From Spirochaetota bacterium (GTDB lineage Bacteria > Spirochaetota > UBA4802 > UBA5550), in contig OY760686.1 in assembly GCA_963663865.1 (NCBI GenBank), positions 2,464,001 to 2,528,000 of the forward strand: 64,000 nt of DNA, in the 5' to 3' direction. Both the position numbers and the translations under genes were made by a program. Positions 38,889-48,970 of the stretch are shown in pieces; within the stretch, counting starts at the first letter, position 1; every line of letters starts with the position of its first letter. The notes under the pieces are model-generated. The model made no database searches, had not been told where the DNA came from, and worked only from the letters and a program-made list of their open reading frames with translations.

Positions 38889-40241
38889 TCAAATCTTTTT
38901 CAGCAGTTCAATCAGCTCAGTCTTGCCAAGTGTCTCTATCGGGCGTGTGTTGGCAAAATCGAGGGCTTTTGTTGAATAATCGCCGGTCGTAATGACCATT
39001 ATCCTTGTGACGTTTCTCGGCTTCATTCCCTCATACAAACGGCGGAGAATAGATTCCTGTATAGAGTCGGTTGTTCTGATTACACGGATAAGCCGGTTTG
39101 ACTGTCTCGCATTTCTCCATTTACCTTCAATCTCAGTTGCCACCATCTCTATGTCAGTGTCGCTTATAATGTCAACATCAGTAATCGTAAACCCCATTCC
39201 GTTGACAATCTTTCTGCAAAGATGCTCAAATTGAGACAGACCTGCAATCATAAAGTCCTTTATTCTGTCGTCCTGCCTGAACTCGGAGAACTGTCTGAGC
39301 TTATCCGGGACATCCCGGAAGTTCTTATTGACCTCAGCGATGAGCTCCCAGTTCCTGATTGCTGAGTGGACATCCCTCATCTTTTCCTGACTTTCCGCGA
39401 GGTAGTACCTGAGATTCAGAGCGGTCTCACTGCCGCTTCGAGCGAACTTGAGCCCCTTCTCAAATTCCATTGCAGCTTTGGGATACTGGCTTCTCTCAAG
39501 AAAGCATGAACCCTTTGCCAGGAAGCACTTAACTTTAAGCTCGTCGCTTTTTTGTGCAAAATCGAATTCCTTGATAGCCCATTCATAGTCACCCTGCTGC
39601 CTGAGAACAAGCCCCAGAAAGTAATGGGCCTTGTAGTTATTCTGATCCAGCTTGATAACGTTGAGGAACATCTGCTTCGCGTCACCGAAATTATTTGTTT
39701 TGTAAAAAATCTGTCCAAGATGATAATATGACATATCATGCTTCTGATTATTTGAGACGCTCTTTTTGAAAAAACCTGTGGCCTTATCATACTGGTTCAG
39801 GTTGTAGAAAATTGTTCCGAGTTCAAAAAAATTCTCGTAATTTGCGGGATCAATCTTGGTTAGAATGAGATATTCTTTCTTTGCATCCTCCATGGCATTA
39901 CGGTTTTTCAAAAGCGCCGCCAGCTTTGTTCTTACATAAACCTCACTGACCTTGTCATCGAAGCGGCCGAGCTTCAAAACCTGTCTGTATTCAACAATAG
40001 CAAATTGGAAATTTGACTCTTTTCTGTACGCCTCAGCAAGAAGAAAATGCGCGTAGGCGTTACGCTCATCCTTGACAATCATCTCTCCGAGTTTCTTTAT
40101 AGCCAGCCGGGTCTGCCCATTATCTATCATTCTCGCTATTTCATTGATCTTTTTCGGGAGAAACACAGTGTAAATGATATAGAACACGATGAGTCCGAGA
40201 ATTATGAAGAAAATAAATATTATTGCATAGGTTAATATCAT
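38889..40241 (-). CDS. TM-anchored TPR protein with C-terminal degenerate Mrr-like domain
   Basis: N-terminal TM, 7-8 TPRs (AHFLLAEAY, YYHLGQIFY, AHYFLGLVL), C-terminal QFEHLCRKIVNGMGF...VITTGDYS..A. Confidence 0.78.
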   Translation of the reverse strand: MILTYAIIFIFFIILGLIVFYIIYTVFLPKKINEIARMIDNGQTRLAIKKLGEMIVKDERNAYAHFLLAEAYRKESNFQFAIVEYRQVLKLGRFDDKVSEVYVRTKLAALLKNRNAMEDAKKEYLILTKIDPANYENFFELGTIFYNLNQYDKATGFFKKSVSNNQKHDMSYYHLGQIFYKTNNFGDAKQMFLNVIKLDQNNYKAHYFLGLVLRQQGDYEWAIKEFDFAQKSDELKVKCFLAKGSCFLERSQYPKAAMEFEKGLKFARSGSETALNLRYYLAESQEKMRDVHSAIRNWELIAEVNKNFRDVPDKLRQFSEFRQDDRIKDFMIAGLSQFEHLCRKIVNGMGFTITDVDIISDTDIEMVATEIEGKWRNARQSNRLIRVIRTTDSIQESILRRLYEGMKPRNVTRIMVITTGDYSTKALDFANTRPIETLGKTELIELLKKI

Positions 40242-40484
40242 CTTGAAGAATCCTTTTCAGATTTTTAAACCAGGCCCGGAAGACATGGACCTTCGGACAG
40301 ACACTAAGTTGCAGTATAGCCCATGTCCTGTCAATATATCAATTATTTTTCATCAAATAATCAATATGGCTCCTCTTTCTTGAAATTGACATATCTTCTT
40401 TCAGAAGAGCCGAATTGAACGTAAAAAATCAAAATTGTATTGACAAAAACAGGGGCTATTTTAAAAAATAAGCATTGCAACAAA

Positions 40485-40557
<73 letters not shown>

Positions 40558-40568
40558 CAGATTCCCCG

Positions 40569-41060
40569 TTATTCTTTCGGTTTTTCAAACTCATTCCCGT
40601 GTATCGTAACAAGCTTTTCTATGTAATATGATTTTTTCCCTGCAGGTATTACAGCCTCAACTTCTTCGCCGGCCTGACGATTCTGCAACGACATACCAAT
40701 CGGCGACGAAAGCGAAATTTTCCCTTCTGATGGATTTATCTCATTCGAGGAAACAAACATAAATACGACCCTCTCCTCTTCTGATATATCATAGAGCGTA
40801 ACCGTTGACCCGTATCCAATTCTGTCGGTCGGCAACGATGACACGTCAATATCATTAAGCTGGGCAAGCTGTTCGGAGAGCTGGCCTATCCTTGCCTGGA
40901 CAAAGGACTGCCTTTCACGCGCGGCATGATATTCAGCGTTTTCCTTCAAGTCGCCGTAGGCTCTTGCCTCTGAAATCACCCTTGGAAGCTCAACCTTAAA
41001 CTCATATTTTAACTGATCAAGTTCGGCTTTAATCTGTTTTTTTTTCTCTTCAATATCCAT
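40569..41060 (-). CDS. greA: Transcription elongation factor GreA
   Basis: ARAYGDLKENAEYHAARE; ISLSSPIG. Confidence 0.93.
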   Translation of the reverse strand: MDIEEKKKQIKAELDQLKYEFKVELPRVISEARAYGDLKENAEYHAARERQSFVQARIGQLSEQLAQLNDIDVSSLPTDRIGYGSTVTLYDISEEERVVFMFVSSNEINPSEGKISLSSPIGMSLQNRQAGEEVEAVIPAGKKSYYIEKLVTIHGNEFEKPKE

Positions 41061-41081
41061 ACATAACTCCCTGGTTTCTGT

Positions 41082-41228
41082 TTATTTCGAAGGGGCCTCT
41101 CCGGCCTCACGGGAAAGCCTTATCAGGACTTTCACCCTGTTTGAATCATCCAGCTTGCAGACGAAGCCGTTATTTTTCAGTGTCCTTTCGATTCTGTACG
41201 ATAGCAAATCAACTATTTTGTCACTCAT
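41082..41228 (-). CDS. Unlisted 48-aa small protein
   Basis: MSDKIVDLLSYRIERTLKNNGFVCKLDDSNRVKVLIRLSREAGEAPSK*; SD AAGGA; fills the gap upstream of greA. Confidence 0.6.
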   Translation of the reverse strand: MSDKIVDLLSYRIERTLKNNGFVCKLDDSNRVKVLIRLSREAGEAPSK

Positions 41229-41272
41229 GTCGTTCTTCCTTGAACAAGTTTATGCGGCATCCTTCCGCTTAT

Positions 41273-41304
41273 AAAAACAGCACAGCCGATATTGCCGGCT
41301 GTGC
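41273..41304 (-). terminator. Intrinsic terminator after the rseC-like gene
   Basis: GCACAGCCG/CGGCTGTGC stem followed by TGTTTTT on the minus strand. Confidence 0.65.
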
Positions 41305-41361
41305 ATGCGTACTCTATTGATGTTCGGCCCGGGGGAGCTGAATATTTAGCCTTAAAGTTAC

Positions 41362-41817
41362 TTAAGCACGATTCTCGCTCCCTGCGTTAACCCTTATTAC
41401 CTCGGTTATCAGAATTCCTTTTCGCCTGAGTAGCATTGAAACAATAAACCCCGCGGCAAGACCCGCAAAAAGCCCTGCAGTTCCCGTCAGAGCAGCCGCC
41501 GCGTCGGTGGTAATGTCCGCCAGGGCAGCCAGAGCGCTTTCAGAACCAGCAATGGCCCCTGCAGCAAGCATCGTAACAGGTAAAATATAGTGAAGGGCCG
41601 CAATAAGTATAACATGACCCGTCTTTGTCTCGTATTCAACAAGATCACCCTCTGATGCTCCAGCTGAATTTTTCATCCATGAGCTCTTCTTTACTGGAGC
41701 TTCTTTAACACGGCAGAAAGCTGAAGCCCCGCAGGAGGAACATCCCCCCCCCACATCAGACTCAACATAGACCAGATTCCCGTTTACTCCGGTAACTCTT
41801 CCGCAGCCCGTACTCAT
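41362..41817 (-). CDS. RseC/MucC family membrane protein (SoxR-reducing system-like)
   Basis: G.VTGV...CSSCGASAFC...N.AGA.EGD.V...ALHYILP plus two TM segments. Confidence 0.72.
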   Translation of the reverse strand: MSTGCGRVTGVNGNLVYVESDVGGGCSSCGASAFCRVKEAPVKKSSWMKNSAGASEGDLVEYETKTGHVILIAALHYILPVTMLAAGAIAGSESALAALADITTDAAAALTGTAGLFAGLAAGFIVSMLLRRKGILITEVIRVNAGSENRA

Positions 41818-43214
41818 TCCTTCGTCTGCTCCTTAACATCAACAACCACTCTTCCCTTTGAAAGAGCTTCTCTGAGCGAAGCAGGGCCAACCACAACGTA
41901 AATAACACCCTTATCAAATAATCTTGAGCTGTGCATAAGAATGTCTGCCGGCATAACCTGCTCCACCTTTTCAAGATACACACGATAATAGTCTTCGTCA
42001 AGCCCGTTATACTCCATATCCATCCATGCCGCAAGAACAGAGGCTGGCGTATCAAAGTTAAAAACGTAGCTGTTGAGAATGTTGCTCTTCGTCCAATTCA
42101 GCTCACTATCCTCAACCGGCTCCTTTTGAACTCTGTTGAAATTATCACTCATTATATCAACAACTTCGTTAACGCTCTCAGGGCCAGTCTGCGCGTATGC
42201 CATGAACACACCGGTTAGAAGACGTGACCTGTAAAGAGACTGTACTGAATAAGCGAGCCCTCTTTTCACCCTGATTTCCGTCATCAGCCTTGAATTGAAC
42301 GAACCGCCGCCGAGAATTCTGTTCATTATCTTGAGGGGAATATCGCCATCATAGGTGACATTAAATGCGGGAACACCGGCTACCACCGTTGCCTGGGGAA
42401 CCTCTTTCTCAAAGAAGAAGACCTTGCCGCTGTTCTCCTGAAAAGCTTTTTTTACGGCAACCCTTTCGTCGGTGTATAGCTGCCTCTGCCCAGGTCTCAT
42501 GCCCTTAAAAAAACTGTCCACGTACTCTCTGTTCTTTTCCAGGCTTATTGAGGAAGAGATACCAAGAATCATATTGCCTGCTGTAAAAAAAGAGTCCCTG
42601 ACACTCTCCGCGTCGGAGAGCTTGAGAGTCAAAACATCTTCAGGGGCCGGCGAACTGCCGTATCCTCTGCCTTGAAAAATTATCGACCGGGCCTGTTTAA
42701 AGGCTATTTCAGCCGGATCATCATAACTGCGCCTAATTCTCTCGGCCATCATTTTTTTTGAATACTCCCATGCGTCATCACTGAACACCGGATTCTTTAC
42801 CAGGTCAGATAAAATATCATACGCTTTGTCCGCGAACCGTGCGAGAACCTTAACCGTAACAGTAAAGCTCTCCCAGGAGGAGGATACCGAAAGCTCGCCT
42901 CCAATAGACTCAATCTCCTCGTGAAGCTTTTTCCCCGGATACTTCACTGATCCGGAAAGCTCCATCATTCCGGCTATGCACTCTCCCATGCCGGCGCTGC
43001 TGCCTTCTTCATAGAGTGAGCCGTATCCGAATGAAGCAGACAGAAGCACAACGGGAAGCTCATCTTCAATATAGATAGCCCTTATGCCTCCGTCAGAAGT
43101 AAATCTGTCAGGTTCAGGCAGCCTGAGCTCTTCAGCTGCCTCAACTGAGAACATATTTGCCTGCAATATCAAGCCTGTAAATACGGCCAGCAGTGTTTTT
43201 AGTATTACTTTCAT
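41814..43214 (-). CDS. M16 family peptidase, non-catalytic subunit
   Basis: Signal peptide; HxxEH absent (ECIAGM); ILGGGSFNSRL..EIRVKRGLAYSV. Confidence 0.85.
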   Translation of the reverse strand: MKVILKTLLAVFTGLILQANMFSVEAAEELRLPEPDRFTSDGGIRAIYIEDELPVVLLSASFGYGSLYEEGSSAGMGECIAGMMELSGSVKYPGKKLHEEIESIGGELSVSSSWESFTVTVKVLARFADKAYDILSDLVKNPVFSDDAWEYSKKMMAERIRRSYDDPAEIAFKQARSIIFQGRGYGSSPAPEDVLTLKLSDAESVRDSFFTAGNMILGISSSISLEKNREYVDSFFKGMRPGQRQLYTDERVAVKKAFQENSGKVFFFEKEVPQATVVAGVPAFNVTYDGDIPLKIMNRILGGGSFNSRLMTEIRVKRGLAYSVQSLYRSRLLTGVFMAYAQTGPESVNEVVDIMSDNFNRVQKEPVEDSELNWTKSNILNSYVFNFDTPASVLAAWMDMEYNGLDEDYYRVYLEKVEQVMPADILMHSSRLFDKGVIYVVVGPASLREALSKGRVVVDVKEQTKE

Positions 43215-44716
43215 TTGTTCTGAACCTCCGCTGCCGTCTGTACAAGTGTTCCCACAGTTCTATTTTCCTTAACAAGATACCTGCTGACAGCCTTTGAGAT
43301 ATCAGCCTGATCTACCCTGCTTACACTTTCTGGATATGAAATAAGATATTTCCAGTCACCATGGACAGTCTGATAATACGAAAGCATTCCGGCAAGCCCC
43401 TTATTGTTTGCAAGAGAGAACACCATTTGCGACTCAATGCTGTTATTGACTCTTTGAATCTCTTCGCCTGAAACATCGTCCTTCAACCTGGCGATTTCAG
43501 TGTAAACAGCCTGCTCAACCTCATCGGCGCTATGACCTTCTGCCGGAGCCGCAAATACAACAAACAGATTGTCGTATCTCAGCCCGGGCGAACCGTTCCA
43601 CACGCTGACAGATGAGGCTATTTTATTCTCCAGGACCAGACTTCTGTAAAGCCTTGAGGTCTTCCCTGAACCGAGTACGCCCGCGATAACCTCGAAAGCA
43701 TAATCATAATCTGAGGGATAAGCAGGCTTGTGCCATCCCATTACGACGTAGGGATTGGAATTATACCGGAGTACAAAGCGTCTTTCACCCGACTGCGCAG
43801 GTTCTGATACCGGCAGAGCGCCGGGATCAGGACGGGGCTTTATCCTCCCGAAATATTCTTCTATAATTTTCAATGTTTTCCCGGGATCCTGTTTGCCAAC
43901 AACAGTGATTGTCATCCTTGAAGGGATGTAGTATTTATTAAAAAACCCCCTTACATTTTTGAGCGTCAGATTGTTGATGTTAGTTTTCCAGCCTATAGTG
44001 GGATGTCTATATGAATGAGACATGAATGCGGTTGCCAGAAACTGTTCGTACAGCAGGCCGTTGCCGCTTGAATCATAACGCATCAGTCTCTCCTGAAATA
44101 CGTTATCCCGCTCCGTATAGAACTCTCTGAAAACCGGGCTTAGCAGCCTTTCTGATTCTATTCTGGCCCACAGCTCCAGCCTGGAAGCAGGCAATTCAAT
44201 ATAATAACCGGTTTTGTCACGCGAAGTTGAAGCATTAAATCCTACTGCTCCGTTTTCACTGTATATGCGGTCATAGTGTGAGCTTACAACGTATTTGGCG
44301 GCCTGTTTCTCAAGCGCGGCAAGCTGCTCCTTCATCTCCGGTATCAGAGGGTTTTCAGGATTCTGCATCTTCAGGCGGTCAATCGTCTCGCCAAGCGTTT
44401 CAATCTTTCTGAGGATTTTAACTTCTGACTCATAGTCTGTAGTACCAATTTTATCTGTTCCCTTGAAAAGCATGTGTTCGAGGAAGTGAGCGGCGCCGGC
44501 TGTGCTGTAACTTTCATCAGCCGACCCTACTCTGAAAGAAATGTCAAACGCAAGAGTCGGTGAATATCCCCTGTTGAGAATAAGAACATTTATTCCATTT
44601 GATAGTTTTTTGTGAACAACGTTGTTTTGCAGAAAGTCTCCTGCGCTGTTTTCTGCAGCGCTTAGAGGCGCAAACAACAAAATAGCAGCTGCGATGGCTG
44701 TAAAAACGCTTTTCAT
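43211..44716 (-). CDS. M16 family zinc peptidase, catalytic subunit
   Basis: GAAHFLEHMLFKGT inverted zincin motif, NASTSRD, signal peptide. Confidence 0.9.
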   Translation of the reverse strand: MKSVFTAIAAAILLFAPLSAAENSAGDFLQNNVVHKKLSNGINVLILNRGYSPTLAFDISFRVGSADESYSTAGAAHFLEHMLFKGTDKIGTTDYESEVKILRKIETLGETIDRLKMQNPENPLIPEMKEQLAALEKQAAKYVVSSHYDRIYSENGAVGFNASTSRDKTGYYIELPASRLELWARIESERLLSPVFREFYTERDNVFQERLMRYDSSGNGLLYEQFLATAFMSHSYRHPTIGWKTNINNLTLKNVRGFFNKYYIPSRMTITVVGKQDPGKTLKIIEEYFGRIKPRPDPGALPVSEPAQSGERRFVLRYNSNPYVVMGWHKPAYPSDYDYAFEVIAGVLGSGKTSRLYRSLVLENKIASSVSVWNGSPGLRYDNLFVVFAAPAEGHSADEVEQAVYTEIARLKDDVSGEEIQRVNNSIESQMVFSLANNKGLAGMLSYYQTVHGDWKYLISYPESVSRVDQADISKAVSRYLVKENRTVGTLVQTAAEVQNK

Positions 44717-44820
44717 ACAAACTCCTTAATTGAATTAACCGTCACAATACAGGCTTTTATTACAGTGGGGATTTTACACTCCGAGGCTTGATGCTGTACA
44801 CTAAGCCCTAAACAGTGACG

Positions 44821-45177
44821 TCACTGTTCATCTTCGTTCCTGCTTAATATTTCCTCAGCGAGTATTTTAAGCTTGGGTGACACCTTCAGCGGAGGCAGCT
44901 CAACCTTAAAAGACGGAGGGGTTTTCCCTACAAGCCTGCCGAGAGCATACATCATTCTCTCGTATATTTCATTTACCTTGTCGCGGCGATTCACCATCTT
45001 GTACAAAGACAGAGCAACAAGCGGCATCTTCTTATCGTAAAAGTAATAGTCGGCTACCCTTGTTATTCCATCCCGGTATCCGGTCTTTATAAATATTTTC
45101 TCAGCCGCGATCACGTCTCCCCTGTTAAAAAGCTCGTTTCCCTTCCTTATGAGCTCAATACGGACCTTCTGATCCAT
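44821..45177 (-). CDS. Hypothetical helical protein
   Basis: SD GGAGG; LIRKGNELFNRGD...IF...Y.DG..RV TPR-like start. Confidence 0.7.
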   Translation of the reverse strand: MDQKVRIELIRKGNELFNRGDVIAAEKIFIKTGYRDGITRVADYYFYDKKMPLVALSLYKMVNRRDKVNEIYERMMYALGRLVGKTPPSFKVELPPLKVSPKLKILAEEILSRNEDEQ

Positions 45178-45355
45178 TTCGCCTCCGTTGCCGCCGCATT
45201 CCGTCTAAAAAATAACCTTGACAGGACGGCTCATTACAGTGTTTTTATATACGGCTGAGATTTTCAGTCCGGCAAAGCAATTCCGGTACTGTCAGGGTCA
45301 AATTACCATATACGATTCTCAGCGTCAAGATTTGTTACACGGCACGGTGAATTCT

Positions 45356-46111
45356 ATGTATCCAATTATCTTCAATTACAAGGCCATAACAATCGGAGGC
45401 TATGGCGTAATGCTCGGTCTCGGATTCTATCTGGCCTTTCTTCTCCTTGAGAGAGAACTCAAGCTGAGAAATATCGACGGAGAACTCGCTTACAAGATTC
45501 TTCTGACGATAATTCCATCGGCAATAATCGGAGCCAAACTCTTCCATATTTTGGAAAACATCGACGCGTTTATGAGCAGCCCTCTGGACATGATTTTTTC
45601 CGGTGCAGGACTTACTGTTTACGGAGGATATATCGCTGCGATCTTTGCGGCGGTGCTCGTAATCAGACACAACAGGCACAACGTCCTCGAGGTTCTGGAC
45701 GCGGCAGCCGCTCCAATGTCGCTCGGATATGCAATCGGCCGCCTTGGCTGTCATGTCTCCGGCGACGGGTGTTACGGCATTGCAACCAATTCGTTCATCG
45801 GAACCGCTTACCCCAACGGGATAGTGCCCACAAGCACTGTCGTCCTGCCGACACCTCTTATCGAATCTCTAATGGCATTTATCTTTGTTTTTCTGCTTCT
45901 TCAACTTAGAAAGCGGGATTTTACGAGGGGATTTCTATTCTTCTTATACCTTATTCTTAACGGAGCGGCGCGTTTCCCGATAGAGTTCTTCCGACTCAAC
46001 CCTCCAGCGGCTTTCGGCTTAACACAGGCCCAGATTGTGGCAATTTTCTTCATGCTTACCGGTCTGATCGGAATTATGACGATCAGGATAGTGAACAAGC
46101 CTTTAAAATAA
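45356..46111 (+). CDS. lgt: Prolipoprotein diacylglyceryl transferase
   Basis: YGVM, IIGAKLFH, GLTVYGG, IGRLGC..GDGCYG, PTPLIE, RFPIEFFR; likely start ATG 45356. Confidence 0.88.
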   Translation: MYPIIFNYKAITIGGYGVMLGLGFYLAFLLLERELKLRNIDGELAYKILLTIIPSAIIGAKLFHILENIDAFMSSPLDMIFSGAGLTVYGGYIAAIFAAVLVIRHNRHNVLEVLDAAAAPMSLGYAIGRLGCHVSGDGCYGIATNSFIGTAYPNGIVPTSTVVLPTPLIESLMAFIFVFLLLQLRKRDFTRGFLFFLYLILNGAARFPIEFFRLNPPAAFGLTQAQIVAIFFMLTGLIGIMTIRIVNKPLK

Positions 46112-46140
46112 AAAAAACGGCCGAAAGGCCGTTTTTTTTT
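46110..46140. terminator. Bidirectional intrinsic terminator between lgt and rpmE
   Basis: A-tract-CGGCC-GAAA-GGCCG-T9. Confidence 0.9.
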
Positions 46141-46341
46141 CTACTTGATATTGTACTTCTTTTTGAATTTCTCAACACGTCCTGCGGTATCAACCAACTT
46201 CTGCTTCTTGGTGTAGAAGGGATGACAGTTTGAGCATATCTCAACGTGGAGGTCTTTCACAGTAGAGCGCGTCTTTATCTCATTACCGCACGCACACTTA
46301 ATGACGGTTTCCTCATATTTCGGATGGATTCCTTCCTTCAT
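46141..46341 (-). CDS. rpmE: 50S ribosomal protein L31 (Zn-binding type)
   Basis: [28 protein letters not shown]. Confidence 0.97.
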   Translation of the reverse strand: MKEGIHPKYEETVIKCACGNEIKTRSTVKDLHVEICSNCHPFYTKKQKLVDTAGRVEKFKKKYNIK

Positions 46342-46362
46342 GACGATTCTCCTCTTGATTCC

Positions 46363-47775
46363 CTATGAATTCATTGCCTTAAAAAAGGCCTTATTGTTCT
46401 TTGTTGCCCTCATCTTGTCAATTAAGAGCTCCATTGCCTCTGTAGAGCTGAGTGAAGACAGCGCCTTCCTTAATACCCATAATTTATTGAGTTCTTCCTC
46501 GTCAAGCAGTAATTCTTCTTTCCTTGTGCCGGACTTATTAATGTCTATGGCGGGGAAAATCCTCCTGTCTGAAAGCTTCCTGTCCAGATGAAGCTCGCAG
46601 TTTCCAGTTCCCTTAAACTCCTCAAAGATTACCTCATCCATACGGCTTCCGGTATCAATAAGAGCTGTGGCGAGTATTGTCAGGCTTCCACCTTCTTCAA
46701 TGTTCCGCGCGGCTCCGAAGAATCTCTTCGGTTTATGCAGAGCATTAGAGTCAACACCACCTGATAGTATTTTCCCGCTTGTGGGAACAACTATATTGTA
46801 GGCCCTCGCCAGCCTGGTGATTGAATCCAAAAGAATAACAACGTCCATCTTTCTTTCGACAAGACGTCTGGCCTTTTGTATTACCATCTCAGCTACCTGA
46901 ACATGCCTGCTGGCCTGCTCGTCAAAGGTTGAAGATACTACCTCTCCCCTTACTGATCTCTGCATATCGGTAACCTCTTCAGGCCTCTCATCGATGAGCA
47001 GAACAATCAGGTAAACCTCAGGGTGATTTGATGTGATAGCATTGGCTATTTCCTGCATGAGAACAGTCTTTCCTGTCCTTGGCGGAGCAACGATAAGAGC
47101 TCTCTGTCCTTTCCCTATGGGAGTAAAGAGATTCATTATACGCATCTCGATTTTATCGCCGGTTGTTTCAAGATTGATTCTTTCTTCAGGATAGAGGGGA
47201 GTAAGGTTGTCAAAAAGTACTCTTTTGTGCAGATTTTCAGGATTTTCAAAGTTTACGGCCTCTATCCTGAGCAGTGCGAAAAATCTTTCATTGTCCTTTG
47301 GAGGCCTTATCTGTCCCGCGATCGTATCACCGGTCTTTAATTGGAAAAGCCTGATCTGCGAAGGCGATACATATATATCGTCGGGCCCTGGAAGATAGTT
47401 GTAGTTTGGAGACCTCAGAAATCCATATCCATCGTTGAGAATCTCAAGTACACCGCTCGCAAAGATAAGTCCTTTCTGCTCTGTCTGTGATTTCAGAATC
47501 TCAAATATCAGATCCTGCTTTTTAAGCCCTGAAACCCTCTCAGCGCCCATTTCCCTGCCAAGCTGCGCAAGCTCGGAGATTGTTTTACCTTTCAACTCTG
47601 CGAGGTCGAGCCTTGGCCCGCTTACCTGCTCAGGGGTGATTATTTGATCTTCAATGCTTCCGGCTGTATTTTCAGCGCTGTTATCCGCTGAGCTTAATCC
47701 GGAATTCGCGGATGAATTCCTGCCGTTGGCACTCCGGGCCCTTGGTCCGGCACCGTTGTTCTCTGATCTTGCCAT
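46363..47775 (-). CDS. rho: Transcription termination factor Rho
   Basis: [42 protein letters not shown]. Confidence 0.98.
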   Translation of the reverse strand: MARSENNGAGPRARSANGRNSSANSGLSSADNSAENTAGSIEDQIITPEQVSGPRLDLAELKGKTISELAQLGREMGAERVSGLKKQDLIFEILKSQTEQKGLIFASGVLEILNDGYGFLRSPNYNYLPGPDDIYVSPSQIRLFQLKTGDTIAGQIRPPKDNERFFALLRIEAVNFENPENLHKRVLFDNLTPLYPEERINLETTGDKIEMRIMNLFTPIGKGQRALIVAPPRTGKTVLMQEIANAITSNHPEVYLIVLLIDERPEEVTDMQRSVRGEVVSSTFDEQASRHVQVAEMVIQKARRLVERKMDVVILLDSITRLARAYNIVVPTSGKILSGGVDSNALHKPKRFFGAARNIEEGGSLTILATALIDTGSRMDEVIFEEFKGTGNCELHLDRKLSDRRIFPAIDINKSGTRKEELLLDEEELNKLWVLRKALSSLSSTEAMELLIDKMRATKNNKAFFKAMNS

Positions 47776-47903
47776 AGAAAACCTTTACTAAATTTTTTAT
47801 TGTGAAAATGACGTAACTATCCAGATTAATCTTGAAAATCGGTCAATTTCGGATATTAAATAATTGTGGCTTGGAGAAGAAAATAGAATTTTTCTAACAA
47901 GGC

Positions 47904-47932
47904 ATTATCCAACCAGGATAGACCGATGTCAA
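47904..47932 (-). promoter_or_regulatory. sigma70 promoter of rho
   Basis: Minus strand TTGACA-17bp-GATAAT. Confidence 0.65.
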
Positions 47933-47959
47933 GAATTTTAAACATTTTTACTACAATAA

Positions 47960-48970
47960 TTATTTGCTGGATTTCTTCATGTGCTTATCGGATTCAGGCA
48001 GCTCTATCCCGGATTTCCTGATCTTGCTCATCAGCGACTGTCTGCTCAGGGAAAGCTCATCAGCAGTCTTTTCAATAGATCTGGTTTTATTCAGAAGTCC
48101 TGCAATCAGCTGCCGCTCCGTCGCGCTCAGTATCTCGCCAAGTGACATTCCCCGGACATCGGTGCCTGGGATCAGGGGCATCATGCCGTCTGGCTCATGG
48201 TTTTCACAGAATATTAGAAACCCGACCTTCTTTCCAGAGCTTATCATCGGAATTCTTTCATAAAAGAAGTTCAGGCTGCTGTTGAAAAAAAACAGGTCGC
48301 TGTCGCCCTTCGATGATACTACCTCATTAGTCTCAGCTGAAGATATCGCTTTCTCAACAAAGGTAGAATCTACATCTTTCCCGACATTTTTTTGATACAA
48401 CTCCTCAAAGTGGCTGTTGTAAAATATGGTTTTACCGTTTTCGTTAACAGCGTAAAGGGCTCTTGGAATATGTTCAAGAATCAGGTATATCATCCATTCG
48501 AGTGTCTGATCACCGTTCGGCTGTTCTTTGCCGGACTCGTGAATGTCAGCGGACTCGGCTCTGCCCTCAGACTCGGTAAAAAGCCTGATTCTGGACCAGC
48601 TCTCCTGAACCTCGCCGAATATATTAACCGCAATAAACTCTTTAATCCTTCCAAAGGGCAAGAGCTCTTCGAAAGTCATTTTTTTTGCCAGCGAGGTTAT
48701 AAAATCGTCAACCTTAACATTTTCGACTCTGCTGATATCGCTCAGCTCAGATATCACATCGTCTTTTTTGAGTATCCCTATAAGAACTCCCCTTTTAGAG
48801 ACCACGGGAATTAAAGGCTGATCATGCGTGTAAAACAGCCTTACAACGTCCTCAGGTTTCTTTGTCTCACGCGCGTAGGGGTTCTCGCCAAATTCAATTG
48901 TATCGTCTTCAGCATTACTGACATCAGCAGCTTGAGCTGCTTCAAGCTTTTCTACACTGTCATTCATCAC
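47960..48970 (-). CDS. CBS + PAS-like + Fis-HTH putative regulator (no AAA+ domain)
   Basis: IPVVSKRGVLIGIL (CBS); ILEHIPRALYAVNENGKTIFYN (PAS); TERQLI...TADELSLSRQSLMSKIRKSGI (Fis HTH). Confidence 0.65.
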   Translation of the reverse strand: MMNDSVEKLEAAQAADVSNAEDDTIEFGENPYARETKKPEDVVRLFYTHDQPLIPVVSKRGVLIGILKKDDVISELSDISRVENVKVDDFITSLAKKMTFEELLPFGRIKEFIAVNIFGEVQESWSRIRLFTESEGRAESADIHESGKEQPNGDQTLEWMIYLILEHIPRALYAVNENGKTIFYNSHFEELYQKNVGKDVDSTFVEKAISSAETNEVVSSKGDSDLFFFNSSLNFFYERIPMISSGKKVGFLIFCENHEPDGMMPLIPGTDVRGMSLGEILSATERQLIAGLLNKTRSIEKTADELSLSRQSLMSKIRKSGIELPESDKHMKKSSK

